Assembly: GCA_951406725.2 (NCBI GenBank)
Contig: OX597842.1
Span: 14,880,001-14,944,000, forward strand
Direction of reading: 5' to 3'
Source: Octopus vulgaris
Taxonomy: Eukaryota
DNA length: 64,000 nt
Shown here in pieces: positions 40,101 through 52,916 of the stretch; position 1 is the first letter of the stretch, and each line of letters opens with the position of its first letter. Under the pieces are notes generated by a model that did not search any database, was not told where the DNA came from, and worked only from the letters and a program-made list of their open reading frames with translations. The translations under genes and the position numbers were made by a program.

Positions 40101-41718
40101 AGGACACTCTGATACTAAAAAATACTGAACCGTTTGAGGATACCGAGTTTGTAGCGATGCAGGCAGTGAGAGGAAATAAAAAATGTAATGTTGTACGAGA
40201 ATTGCTAGTTACATTAGAAGAAATTAAACTAAAAGCGGAAAATGATGAATGTATTAAAATAATTAAAGGAATTCTAAGTGCTAGAAGAAAATATTCTTTT
40301 GGCAGAACGCAACACGAATTCGAACTGTTTTGTGACAATGTGCTCATGTTTGCCGGAAGAGCGGTAGTACCGGCCACACTACAGATACGAATGCTAAAAG
40401 AATTTTACATTAAATAACCGACTTTTCAACAATGAAATCATTGATGAAAATCTATGTGTATTGGCCAAGAATTGAACAAGTGAAGAATTAGTGAAAGCTT
40501 GCAGAGGCTGTACTCTAGCAGCAAAATTACCAATCATAAAATGGCTACCATGGGTAAAAAACAGATGCACCATGGACTAGACTCCATTTTAATTTTGCAG
40601 ATCCCCTTAACGGTTCACCTTACCTTGATGTTGTAGACGGTGTTTCTAAGCGAATCGAGGTACCGAAGGGTAAAACACCGACATCCTCGATTACAGTACG
40701 ATTTTACACAAATTGTTCGCCGGATATAGTATTCCCGATACCATTATGTCTGACAATGGAACTCAGTTTACTGTAGAAGAGTTTTAAAGATTTTGTAAAA
40801 TGTTCTCTTTCAAATATGTGATTGCCATATCATCCTTGGTCAAATGGACAAAGGAAGCGTCTTGTTGATACAGTTAAGAGGGCTTTGAAGAGAGTGAATG
40901 ACAAAAATATGCATGACTTAGCACTTCAACAGTTTTTGAAAGTATATCTAGTGACAACAAATTCCATTACTTTGTCTGGAGTGTCACCTGCGGGATAAAT
41001 ATTCGCTAGGAAGATTAGATCTGTATTCGACAAGTTGTTACCGGGACAAAACGGAAAAATATCGGACGAGAAAATTAAATCAAATTTTTTCAAAATTGTT
41101 AAGTTTTCTTTAAAACGTATAAAAACGGCGAAGGAAAGTGGTAAGACCAAGGGATTAATAAACAGGATAAGGAAAGTGTATTTTTGGTAAAAGGTCTCAA
41201 TTACGAGACATATAAATCAATTAAAATGGAAAAGTTTACTGAGGAAACGGTCTCAAGAAACGAAATCTCGATGGAAGTCTTTTTATATTACGTATGATGT
41301 ACCAACACCGAAACAAATCTTCGAAGCTACACGTTCAAGCATGAGAAAACAAAACCGAACAGAAATACTTGAAATAGACCCTAAACGCAAAAGATATTTA
41401 GTTCCTCACGGATTTAAATTCTCATAAAGAGGTGACGTTATGGGAGAATCTTGAACCCCACCCACGTAACTGAATGTGGACTAATCGATTACAATAAGAA
41501 GTGAGTGCGCTCGCAGCAGGTGGTTGCATGGTATTAGTCCGACCTTATTGCTTCCGGTGTTAGTTCCACGTGTAGCCATTTAACAGTCAGTTATTGATCA
41601 GTATGCATTGCGTTCTGTATTAAGTTATATCTTTCTGCGATAATTTATTTTTAGATAGGCACAACCATTTATTTGTGTAATACCAATTTACACCAAACGT
41701 TATACCCAGGTCGTAATA
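37165..41718 (+). mobile_element. Decayed Ty3/gypsy LTR retrotransposon in the GAIN intron
   Basis: Diverged LTR pair (~37165-37369 vs ~41436-41718), PBS-like ttttgtcgatgaaa, gag knuckle CNKIGHYKSHC (~38661), RT FSKLDHSDAYLQ and AYLNDIFI, integrase PWTRLHFNFADP and IPDTIMSDNGTQFT; many stops. Confidence 0.88.
37484..37855 (+). mobile_element. tRNA-derived SINE nested in the gypsy relic
   Basis: A-box tggcccagtggttagg and B-box ggtttcgattccc, ending in (aaac)n. Confidence 0.75.
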
Positions 41719-41912
41719 TTGTCCATGGAACATTTTCTATCCAACAGAGGTTGTTCAACCCAATATTTATGGGCTTCAAGAACCACTATTCCAAAACAAA
41801 ATGATTTCACATTCGAAAGTTTATGAATTTTTATGACCTCGACATCATTCAGATGTAGTGGTGTTTTTTATTTATCAATTTCATTTGTTTTTCTTTCATT
41901 TTCTTCCATCAG

Positions 41913-42065
41913 ATATATAACAACTCAGATTCATATCTACAAGTAAATGATAATGTAGACTTCATTTCATTACCAATGAGTTTGTCAAAACATCTGAAAA
42001 CCGAAGATCAGTTTGCCCTCTCAAGGATTACGTTTTTCTCTATGCAGGATGATAAGCTATATAGG
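41913..42065 (+). CDS. aGPCR GAIN exon: IYNNSDSYLQVNDNVDFISLPMSLSKHLKTEDQFALSRITFFSMQDDKLYR
   Basis: ttttcttccatcAG / GTATGG; 153 nt, phase 0-0; ISLP..L and RI.F......L GAIN motifs. Confidence 0.9.
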
Positions 42066-42144
42066 GTATGGAACCAAAACGCAAATTTGTCTTTCTCCAG
42101 ATGAATAAAGGCTTGCATACTTTCGTTGCCACACACACATATTT

Positions 42145-42195
<51 letters not shown>

Positions 42196-42541
42196 CACAC
42201 ACACACACACACACACTTATACATATTTGAATATTCTTCATTTGAGGAAGGAACTGGTTTCTCACGAAGATACACGGCTCTATCGTTGGAAGGTAGATAA
42301 CAGAAACAAATTCATATCTTTAGTGGTAAATTCAGTTGCACAACGTGATATGCAGTGAGAGAACACGTTATTTGCCGAGAGATATACCAGCAGCCATTAT
42401 GTTAACAATTTCTAAGTAAAACAAATCATTCATTCTTCAGAGCAAGTACAACTGTTAGGTGTGATCTCATGCAATATATTGTAATATATATTGTATTAAG
42501 TTGTTTATATTGAGTAAAGTAATGCTCTCCAAGTACATCAC

Positions 42542-43439
42542 TAGCGTTTCGTTTCAAAACCTTTCAGGACTTTAATAGAAAACATTACGTATTTACAAAA
42601 GTTTTGACATCATTTCCTTCGAAATAGTCACCTTCCGCAGCAATAAACAGGTTCTATCGTTCCTTCCACTTATGGAATGCAGTTAGGAAGTAGTTTTCCG
42701 TAAGCGAGTCAGGACCTTCTGGGATTCCCTCTGGATCTCGGCCACGCTCTTAAAACGGCAACATTTCAGCTAAATTTTCAGGTGCTGAATCTGGCGAATA
42801 GGGCAGATGTAGGAGCGATACAATGTTGTTTTTGGTGAGAAACTCACAAGTGAGGAGAGCTCGGTGACAGGGTGCATTGTCGTCGTGAACAAACGAATTA
42901 TTCACGCTCCAGAGATCTGGTCACTTTCATCAAATCTTCTCTTCCAAATGTTTCAAAGCATCGAAGTAGAACTTTCAACTGACGGTGAGACCCTGGAGGA
43001 TGGATTTTCAATGCACAATGTTACATTTCCGCGAGGTGACACTCGTGAAAGGTCTTCCAGACCGCTCATCGTCTTCCAGGGAAATCCTCCCGCTTTTGAA
43101 GCACTCGTGACACTCTCCAAACTTTGCATATGGCTCATTGCCTCGTTTTCGTAGCCTTGTCGAATCATACTCAATGTTTCCGGAAAAGGCGTTGCAAACT
43201 TAACGCAAAATTTCCCGTGGGCTTTTTATTCTTGTCCATGACAAAGTCGCAGTCAACAGCATATACGTAATCCCCAAAGCACAAATTTCGCAACTTGCGA
43301 AGCAAACATAGCGATGTCACTAGGCACACTGTTTCATAAAGTTCACTACTTGCTCTCACTGCACACGAAACCGCGTGCTGCTGCCATCTGTTGGTGCGCT
43401 ACAGAACTAGTCCGGACAGTTTTTTTATACAACCACGTA
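42542..43439 (-). mobile_element. Internally deleted mariner element
   Basis: Minus strand KWKER*NLFIAAEGDYFEGN (mariner C-terminus); degenerate TIRs ending ...tccggacagtttttttatacaaccacgTA. Confidence 0.7.
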
Positions 43440-43490
43440 TTAAACACTTCTATTGAAGAAATTAATTGATTTAATGACTTCTCTTTCTAG

Positions 43491-43619
43491 GTAACACAAA
43501 ATTCCAGTACCAAAGCAAATACTATGATTAACAGTAATATTATTGCTGCTAATATTCCTAACATTAAAGTAACCAACCTCGATGAACCAGTTAACATATC
43601 ATTCAATTTAAGAGATCAG
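43491..43619 (+). CDS. aGPCR GAIN exon: VTQNSSTKANTMINSNIIAANIPNIKVTNLDEPVNISFNLRDQ
   Basis: ctctttctAG / GTAAGA; 129 nt; INSxII.A...NL.EPV.I.F motif. Confidence 0.93.
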
Positions 43620-44357
43620 GTAAGAGCTATGTGTCTATCATAATTGTTTTTTGTTGTTTCATTTCAAAGCCATATCTTATTCCTCCTGAAACACAGTACT
43701 AGTAGCAGCGGTAGCATTAGCAGCAGTAGTAGTAGCAGTAGTAACAGTAGTAGTTATTGTTGTTGCTAGTGTTGTAGCTGTTACCGTGTTGAGAGTTATA
43801 ACTTTATGTTTATAATGTAAACGTTGTGTGATAATGGAGGCATTCTTTTTTCATTCCAAGCTTTAAGTTGTTTGTCTTGTATTTTCCTATCCACAACATA
43901 ATGCTTTAATATCTTTCCGTATTGGCTTCATTAATTATGGCCGTGTAATTTAAGTGTGAATTACTTCGGGCTTTCATATGGTGACCGTTGTTACTCTTTA
44001 TTTTCATGTTCTACCTGACCCAGTAAATCTATGAAACACATCCCAAACATGAATATCTTATCAACTTGTATATCGTTAATTGTTTCTAGAACTACACCAT
44101 CCAATGTCTTCTTCTTCCACTTTTATGGTGAATGCTGTATACTATGAGAATATACATAGATGTATAAAAGTGGTAAAATGGTGAGTTAAGCAATGCCACA
44201 GCCAATGATGTTGGATTCCCAAAGCCAAAAGCAATCAAAACGTTGTTTGCTATGATGTTTTGACGTTTTGATAACGTAATTAACAAAGACGAATTACATG
44301 TATTTTAATTACAAGCTAATTTGATTAAATTATCAGAATGTTTTGTTTTTTTTTCAG

Positions 44358-44504
44358 AATGCCACCAACCCACAGTGTGTTTTTTGGGATGAATCTCCTG
44401 GACAGATTCCCAAATGGTCAACCAAAGGCTGTAATGTATCCAAGTATGAACCTGGAAAGAAAGTACTTTGTTCCTGTGACCATCTGACAAGTTTTGCCCT
44501 TTTG
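44358..44504 (+). CDS. GPS exon: NATNPQCVFWDESPGQIPKWSTKGCNVSKYEPGKKVLCSCDHL|TSFALL
   Basis: tttttttcAG / GTTAGT; 147 nt; CVFW..WS..GC...C.C.HL|T GPS consensus. Confidence 0.96.
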
Positions 44505-45895
44505 GTTAGTAAAATTATGACAACTTCTTAATTAACTGTAATTAGGCTGCTTGTGTCTATGCATTAATAATTTCAACACCTGCTTGATTTTGTATTGGTG
44601 GACATGTCGGTAAATGTGTGGGTCGTAGTTGTAGTTGTTATGGCTGTTGTTTATGAGTTTAAACTTAGGACGATGTCCTTTACGTGTCATCAACAAAATA
44701 GAGGAGAATTCTTTCAGCATTGATGTGAAAGGAATCGAGAGAGATGGTCACCTGTCCTGACAGTAAAAATCTGTTATGTTGAAACCACCTGAATGGTCGT
44801 CTAGTTGATAGAGATGTATTTAAGATATGATGACCCTCCGTAGCTCATTAAACATGTTGGCAGCTTAGATGTTAAACTCTTGGTCTTTCGTGTTTCTCTT
44901 ATATGAACTCTCCTTATATTTATGCGATTTCTTCTACTGATGCTTTTTTATATCCATACTACACATGTATCCACCACTTGTTACTTATATAACACTTCTG
45001 CCGCCCACAAAATAACATATGCACCTATCTATGGCACATATTTTAGCCTACATGATTTTTGAATTAATTCAAATTGCTAGTTCACTCCATACCAGTTTCC
45101 AATATCACCGACGCCACAAGAACCGAGATTAAATCGTCAGGTCACTGATATTGCGTCTATCTTTGTCAGTTTTTATCAGAAACATTACAGAATCAATTCA
45201 CTTGTTGTCTTTATTAATGTTTTCATTTCTCTAATTCTTCGTTACGAAAATAATTTCAATTTCCCATTTCTTCCTCTATCTAAATATTCATTTTTCACAT
45301 ATTCCGTGTTATATATTGACCCAAAATGAGACGAACAACCTATCGAAAATGCTGTCATATCTATTTTGTCATGACTCATAATCTATAGTATCCATGGCCA
45401 AAACATATTTGAAGCGGACACGTCCTCTTACTTGTTAAAGGATGCTGCTTTATGTAAAGGAAACTGATCATACAACATCAAGGTCTGATAGTGGAAGAAT
45501 GATCTTACTTTGCCTTGTGTTAAAGGAAAGAGAAAGAAATAACACCGGTCTATCTCAGGTGAGATATGGTTTAAGTGAAGCAACCTCAGTTAGCTGGACT
45601 GATAAAATATACGAAGCCATCTTAATTGCATTTGAACTAAAAATCTATGAGTTGGTGGTACATCTCATACTTTTAGTTACACATCCCATATATACATAAT
45701 GAATTCGGTGAAACTGTCTCTCATCCAACATGCAGTGGAAGACGGCCCATTATTAATATTGTCATTAATGCAGCTTACACATACGCAACATTCTACATCA
45801 ACACTTTATACACTCATAATTTATATAATTATTGACCGACATAGGAATGTGAATGGGAAAAGGAGTTAATACGTTGTTATTTGTTTCTGTTGCAG

Positions 45896-45998
45896 AAATC
45901 GGGGGAAACTAGTCACCTCTTATCAATGGCATCTTACATTGGCTGCGGAATATCATTAGCCTGTCTCATTCTTATATAATATTTTATGTTTGTTCCAA
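45896..45998 (+). CDS. TM1 exon with 1-nt frameshift: KSGETSHLLSMASYIGCGISLACLILI* (shifted frame continues IIFYVCSK)
   Basis: ttgtttctgttgcAG / GTAAGA; SYIGCGISL.CL aGPCR TM1 motif; in-frame TAA at 45977-45979. Confidence 0.85.
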
Positions 45999-46149
45999 GT
46001 AAGAATTTCAGTTTTTATTTTCTTTTATAAATTGTTTTAATACAGAGATGCAACAGCCATCATTTAGTGGGGTTCTCACAGATTGGTAAGATCGATGTGG
46101 TTGATGTCTGCAGGAAAGGCCATTGATGTGGAAACACACTTACCTAAAT

Positions 46150-46300
46150 ACTCACGTACATACATAAGTATATACGTACATACTTATATACATGCATACA
46201 TACATGCGTATAGGCACGCACACATGCATACGCATGTACACATATGCATACGCACATATATGTACATACACAAACATACATACAAACACACATACATACA

Positions 46301-46334
<34 letters not shown>

Positions 46335-46514
46335 CATACATATATACATACATACATACATATATATACATACATACATACACACATGCATATATACATA
46401 CATATATACATATATACATACATACACACATACATACATACATACATATATACATACATACATACATACATACATACATACATACATACATACATACATA
46501 CATACATACATACA
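46150..46514. repeat. (TACA)n microsatellite at the 3' end of the RTE LINE
   Basis: Direct inspection. Confidence 0.9.
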
Positions 46515-49500
46515 TGATGGCCGTCCACTCGTGACCGAGGAAGACCATTGCCGACCTTCAGGAACATTGTGCACTCTAGGACTAACTTATATTTTGCATT
46601 TACGGCTCCGTTGGTGGCTAATTAGCCCTGCTCTTGACAAGCATACACGACTGCAAAAATTGCAGACCAAGCTTTCCCCATTCATGACTGCAAAAATTGC
46701 AGACCAAGCTTTCCCCATTCACTATACGAGCCGTGCGCTTTCGCGCAGCTCGCCTAAGTTCTTCATGCTGGATACGTACTCTCTCAAAAGTGTCGATCCC
46801 CTCCTTAACCTGCTTCCTCCATCTGTGGCGATGACAGGCATTGTTCTCCCAGTCAGTGTCCTGCATATCACAGGCCTTTAATGAGGACTTGACACAGTCC
46901 TTAAATCGCAGCCTTGGTTTCTGCCGGAGTCTCCTTCCATTCACAAGTTCTCCATAGAGCATCTGCTTAGGAATCCTGCTATCCTTCATAAGGTGTCCAG
47001 CCCAACGCAACCGGTGCTTGTGTACCATCGCCTCAATACTCAAGATATCAGCTGTCCTCAGGATCTGTGTGTCTGGAATTTTTGAGGTCCAGCCAACATT
47101 GAGAATGTGTCTGAGACATCTCTGATGAAAACGTTCAAGGACCCTTACCTGACGTTTGTAAAGAGTCCATGTCTCACATGAGTAGATAAGCACCGTCAGT
47201 ACACAAGCACGGTACACAGCATCTTTTGTTCTCCTTGAGATGCCATGTTGGGACCAGACACGAGACTGAAGAGACCGGGAGGAATTTGTTGCTCTCTGCA
47301 ACCTGAAAGATATTTCCTCATCCAGGGAGCAAGAACGGCTGAGTGTGCTGCCCAGGTAGACACACTTGTCTACTACCTTCAGAATTGTTCCTTCAACCAA
47401 GATAGCTGGTTCTATATATGGATTTCCTGGTGCAGGCTGGAACATAACAACAGTCTTGTCCAGGCTAATGCTGAATCCAAATGCCCTGCAAGAAGCAGAA
47501 ATGCAATTCATGAGTATTTACATGTCATCCACTGTATGAGTGAGTAAGTCACAGTCATCTGCATAAAGGAGGTCACGAATAATAGACTGGGAAACCTTTG
47601 AATTGGCAGCAAATCGGCGAAGATTAAAGAGGAGGCCAGAAGATCGATATCTGACATATATTTCCAGAGATCTAACCTTAGCAAAAGCATGAGTAAAAGT
47701 AGTAGCAAAGTACAAAGAAAAGAGAGTTGGGGCAAGGATGTCACCCTGCTTAACACCATTCTCTACAGGAATGGGTTCCGCCATGGCACCACCAACATTG
47801 ACCCAAGCCTCCAGCCCATCATGAAATGATTTAATTATAGATACAAAGTAATCCGGACATCCAAGTTTGCCAAGTATTTTCCATAGAAAGGCTCTATTTA
47901 CAGTATCAAAGGCCTTAGTTAAATCAATGAATACCTGGACAAGATCCATATTCTGCTCATAGCACTTCTCCTGCATCTGTCTTGCTGTGAAAATCATATC
48001 CATTGTCCCTCTACCAGATCGGAAGCCACATTGAGATTCAGATAGGACATCATTTACGAGACACCCATTCAGACGGGTAAGAAGAATATTTGCCAGAACC
48101 TTGCCAGCAGCTGATAGTAGAGCAATACCTCTGTAGTTACCACACATTGTTCTGGCTCCTTTTCCTTTATATAGAGGAAGAATAATTGCATCCTTCCAGT
48201 CCTTAGGGATTGCACCATCCCTCCAGACTGCACTAATAAGTTCATGAAGGGACTGTGCGATGCAATTACTACCAAATCGCAAGACCTCAGCACAAATTCC
48301 ATCCTTTCCAGGTGCCCTACCAAGATTCAATTTACTTATTGATGTCATTACTTCATGTATTGATGGCGATGAGTCTAAGGAGTCAATGATAGGTCTTTGT
48401 TTCATAGTTTCAATCACTGTTTCATCCACAACTGACTCATGGTTTAGGAGTTCAGAGAAGTGTTCGATCCAGCGACCTGTGATTTCTGTTGATTTAGTAA
48501 ACAGAGTGAAAGACTCCTTGGAAAGCAAAGGAGCTGATGTGGAGCTCTTAGGTCCATAAGCTCGCTTCATAAGATGGTAAAGCTTCTTGCTGTCATTTGC
48601 ATCAGCAGCAGCCTGAACATCACGAGCAAGATCCTCCCACCAAGTGTTCTGCATTTTCCTGAGAGATCGCTGCAGTAGTGATTTTACACTGTTATAGTGA
48701 GCAAGTGCTAGACTTCGCTGCACAGTAGACAGTTTTCTGTGCAGCAACACACTGTGGGCATGGCGCTTCACCACTAATAGTCGTTGAATTTCAGCATCAT
48801 TCTCATCAAACCAGTCTCTGTGTCTGGCAGTAACATACCCCAGTGTTTCGGCTGCACATTGAACAACCTGGTCTCGAAAATCTTCCCATCCTGCAGCAGT
48901 TTCAATGCTGGACAAGCGAGTCTGAAGCTCTTTCCTAACCCCAACGTCATATACCTTGTGGGCATTTAGACGGCGAGGAATGCTGACTGGTCCTCTTCTC
49001 TCTTTCGCCCTAATCACCATTTGGAACTTTGCTCGCACCAGACTGTGGTCCATCCAGCATTCTGATCCATGCAAGGACTTGACATTACAAATGTCATAAA
49101 TGTCGCGCTTGCGGATGATGACGTAATCCAGCAAGTGCCAAACTTTTGACCTTGGATGCATCCATGTTGTTGTGTGATCACCTTTGTGCACAAAATGAGT
49201 ACTTGCAATGTAAAGTCCGTGTTCTTCGCAAAGCTCCAGTAGCATGAGACCATTGCTATTCATTTTTCCTACAGCAAAATGTCCTAGAGAGTTCCATGTT
49301 TGCCAGTCTGTTCCTACTCTGGCATTAAAATCCCCCAGTAGAATGACTTTATCAGAATTGGGGATTTTTCTAAGTATGGCTGTCAGCTGGGTATAAAACA
49401 TTATTTTATCTTCATCACAGCTAGTCAAAGTAGGTGCATAGGCACTTATTATAGTAGCAAACCGCTTACCTTTCAAGTGCAACCGTAGGGTCATTATACG

Positions 49501-50733
49501 TTCATTTATAGGAACAGGGAGCTCTTCCAACATCTTCAGGATATCAGATCGGACTGCAAAACCAACACCAGCCTCTCTGCGCTCCTCCTTCTGCCTTCCT
49601 TTCCAAAAAAGGTGTTTCCGCCTCCTACTTCCTCAAGCTGACCATCACCTTCTATACGAGTCTCTGAGAGTGCAGCTATATCAATTTTATAACGGTTCAG
49701 CTCACGAGAAACAAGTGCAGTGCGTCTTTCTGGCCTGCAGTCATTCTTGTTGTCCAACAGAGTACGCACATTCCAACATGAAATGTTTAAGTTCCGTCCA
49801 GATTTTATAGATAAAAGACTCTTTGTTTTTCGAGCGCAGAGTGGACATCCGTCAGTCGCGCTAAACTGACCAGATATGGAAAGACAGGCAATTTTTGGTT
49901 CACCTTTTCTAGAATCTCCCCGGTCTCCGGGTGAGCAGTGCCCTCTCCAAATGGAGCTGCTCAGACACCCATGCAGCAACCGAATACTACCGCTGTCTTG
50001 GGCGAAAAAGAGACGACTTTATATCTAACATGGGCCGCCTACGTGCAGGTCGCTGACTACATGCTTCCAACCCGTCAGGTCTGCATGCTTCACCACCTTC
50101 CCATCGCCGCAGGACTTCCGAATAAAAAAAAAAAAATATATATATACTAAAAATGAAGAAAATATATACTAAAAAAGGATAGATATATATAGGAAAAAAA
50201 AAGGTCGGCAATGCCTGTGCAGAGTTTTAGGTCCAATAAGGATTGCACAACAACTCATAGACCCTCTCCACTCTATTGACATTATCCAGAGACAAGCCGG
50301 AGCAAGATGTCTGGTGCCAATATGAGTCGCAGGCTCAGGGATGTGGGAGCGCCGTGATCTCTAGCACAAACCAAAGATCCCCAAAATGTTCAATGCCATT
50401 CCCTGCATATCTGGTTTTATATCAGAGTGACCTTCTCCTAGAGACGTGCTTTAACAAAAGCTGAGGAGCGCCCCACTCCCAGTGGTCTTTCGGCACGCCG
50501 GACACCACCCCGGAATTTCTACGTACCCGTGCTAACATTTATTGGATGGCCGTTCACTCTCAAGAGGTCCTCCGCCCTTTGACGGGTTTTGTTTTTCATC
50601 CCGCAGGGTGTCCAATAAATACCCTCCTCACTAAGCAAGCTTGGTGGGGTTGCCGGTTTGGTCGCCGACGACCCAACCATGCAACAGGTTGTACTGGGTT
50701 ACATGTTACCAGTAGCACTCGAAGGTGACCTGA
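46515..50733 (-). mobile_element. Near-intact, apparently full-length RTE (BovB-like) LINE
   Basis: AP-endonuclease WNVRTL..RPERRTALVSRELNRYKIDIAALSETR and GDFNARVG; RT QCGFR, FIDLTKAFD, GVKQGDILAPTLF, LLYADD; ~750 nt 5'UTR. Split by frameshifts near 49605 and 47515. Confidence 0.95.
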
Positions 50734-51300
50734 CATACATACATACATACATATATACATACATACATACATACATATACACGCACATACATACGTACAT
50801 ATATACATGCATACACACATACATACATACATATATACATACATACATATATACATACATACATATATACATACATATATACATATATACATACATACAT
50901 ACATACATATACACGCACATACATACGTACATACATACATACATACATGCATGCATGCATGCATACATACATGGATGCATATACACGCACATACATACAT
51001 ACATACATACATATATACATACATACATATATACATATATACATACATAGATACATACATACATATATACATACGTACATATATACATATATACATACAT
51101 ACATATATACATATATACATACATACAGACATATATACATACATACATATATACATACATATACACATACATACATACATACATACATATACACGCACAT
51201 ACATACGTACATATATACATACATACATACATGCATGCACACATACATACATACATACATATACACGCACATACATACATACATATTATATATATATATA
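50734..51300. repeat. (TACA)n microsatellite on the 5' flank of the RTE LINE
   Basis: Direct inspection. Confidence 0.9.
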
Positions 51301-52689
51301 TAAATTAAATTAGAGATAAAACCACTAGTAGGCAAATCAAACAATGAAAGACATAAACCAAAACATAAAAATAAACATAATTAATATATTGTACAAAATA
51401 TATAAAATATAAAATTTAAAACTTAAATTATTTAAATTTAAAATTTTTAATTTATATTTATAAATATTTATATTTTTTAAATATTTTTATAATTTTGAAT
51501 TACTAAATTTTTAAATTATTATTATTTTTTTAAAAAGAATATATATAACTGTCAAAAAGTATTATATATATATACATAATTAGTCTATCTGTTTTCTATG
51601 CATTCTACTATCATCTTTTGTTTCTTGATTACAGGGAATTATAATTATAACCATCGACACCTACTGTATGATTGCAAGAGATAATGCACTTGGTGTTTCA
51701 TATCTCATCCCGGTTACGATACGCTTCTTTTACATCACATCCACACAAATTCAATGTATATAAATTTAACATAGGCGCAGGGGTGGCTGTGTGGTACGTA
51801 ACTTGCTTACCAACCACATGGTTCCGGGTTCAGTCCCTGGGAAAGTGTCTTCTACTATAGCCTCGGGCCGACCAAAGCCTTGTGAGTGGATTTGGTAGAC
51901 GGAAACTGAAAGAAGCCTGTCGTTTATATGTATATATATATATAAGTTCAGCAACAATTTAGATTCAAATGAATATGGTACTTAATTTAGATGCACCAGA
52001 ATTTTGTATTGTGTTATCCATAAAAATTTGCGGGGTGATTATAATAAAAAATAAGCAACAAGAATGACTCCGGTAATTTGGTACAATTGTTTCGCACTAC
52101 AATATTTTATTAAAAGTTTTATTAGTTTTTTTTAATATAAATTGTGTATGATTCTTCTGTAATTCATATGTTTAACGTATGGGGAAATAGCAGATGACAA
52201 TTGGGGTTATATATAAAACATAAGGGCTTGGGTTACTTTACTTTATTTCACAGAAGTTTTTCTCATTGTATTTCCAGGTTCAAGTTCTTGTAATAAAACA
52301 TATGTTGGAACAGCAGAGAAGAGAACATAATCAAGAATATAAAAAATTAATGTCTTTGAGAATCTTCTTTTCTTCTTATATTACATTAAACATGCTTGCA
52401 TAAAAGAGAACTTCATTTTTATCTATCAATATAACACTACGAAACTTAGAGACTTTATAAACTGCAATGTACTTTAAACCTTCTTATTTTCTGTAACTCA
52501 CAAAATCTAACATCATATGGTTTGATTTGTAATTCTATAGATATTTTCTAACTGCCAATTTTCACTACTAATTTTCAATATAATCTTTAACTTTTATTAA
52601 CGAAGAAATAAATGTGGTTTCTTAATACAATATGTTTTGTTTTTATTTGAAACATCGTTATATTCTACTGTAAGTTCAAATAACGCATG

Positions 52690-52720
<31 letters not shown>

Positions 52721-52778
52721 CAGACATACAGACAGACAGATAGAGTGATTTCGTCAGTTACTAATTACTCCACTAAAA

Positions 52779-52839
52779 TCCACGCCACCATCTCTTCAGT
52801 TATCCGTTGGCCGGATAACTGAAGAGATGGTGGCGTGGA
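52779..52839. repeat. Perfect 28-bp inverted repeat with 5-nt loop
   Basis: tccacgccaccatctcttcagttatccg-ttggc-cggataactgaagagatggtggcgtgga. Confidence 0.95.
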
Positions 52840-52916
52840 AGTCCACATCGGCATCCGAAACTCGGAGTTTTATCTTGGCTACCGAATACTTGTCACATAT
52901 TACATTTACAGATGTA

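Larger units (their letters stand above)
1428..45998 (+). other. Gene model (5'-incomplete): adhesion GPCR with LRR(n)-LRRCT-Ly6/uPAR-like-HRM-GAIN/GPS-TM1, frameshifted in TM1
   Basis: 19 hand-identified AG/GT-bounded exons join in frame; junction codons checked (e.g. AT|C, A|AT, G|TG, TG|T, G|AA, AG|A). Translation contains LRR, CC..NLCN, HRM and GPS motifs. Confidence 0.9.

Noticed and set aside
50540-50733. HDV-like ribozyme at the RTE 5' end
   Set aside because: Hairpins are present, but I could not thread the nested double pseudoknot by eye; needs a descriptor search.
46083-51344. Long YIHT/MYVC ORFs flanking the LINE
   Set aside because: (TACA)n microsatellite translations.
51635-52330. 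Candidate downstream exons after acceptors at ~51634 and ~52277
   Set aside because: No convincing 7TM motifs in any frame; could be tail/terminal exons but unsupported without transcripts.
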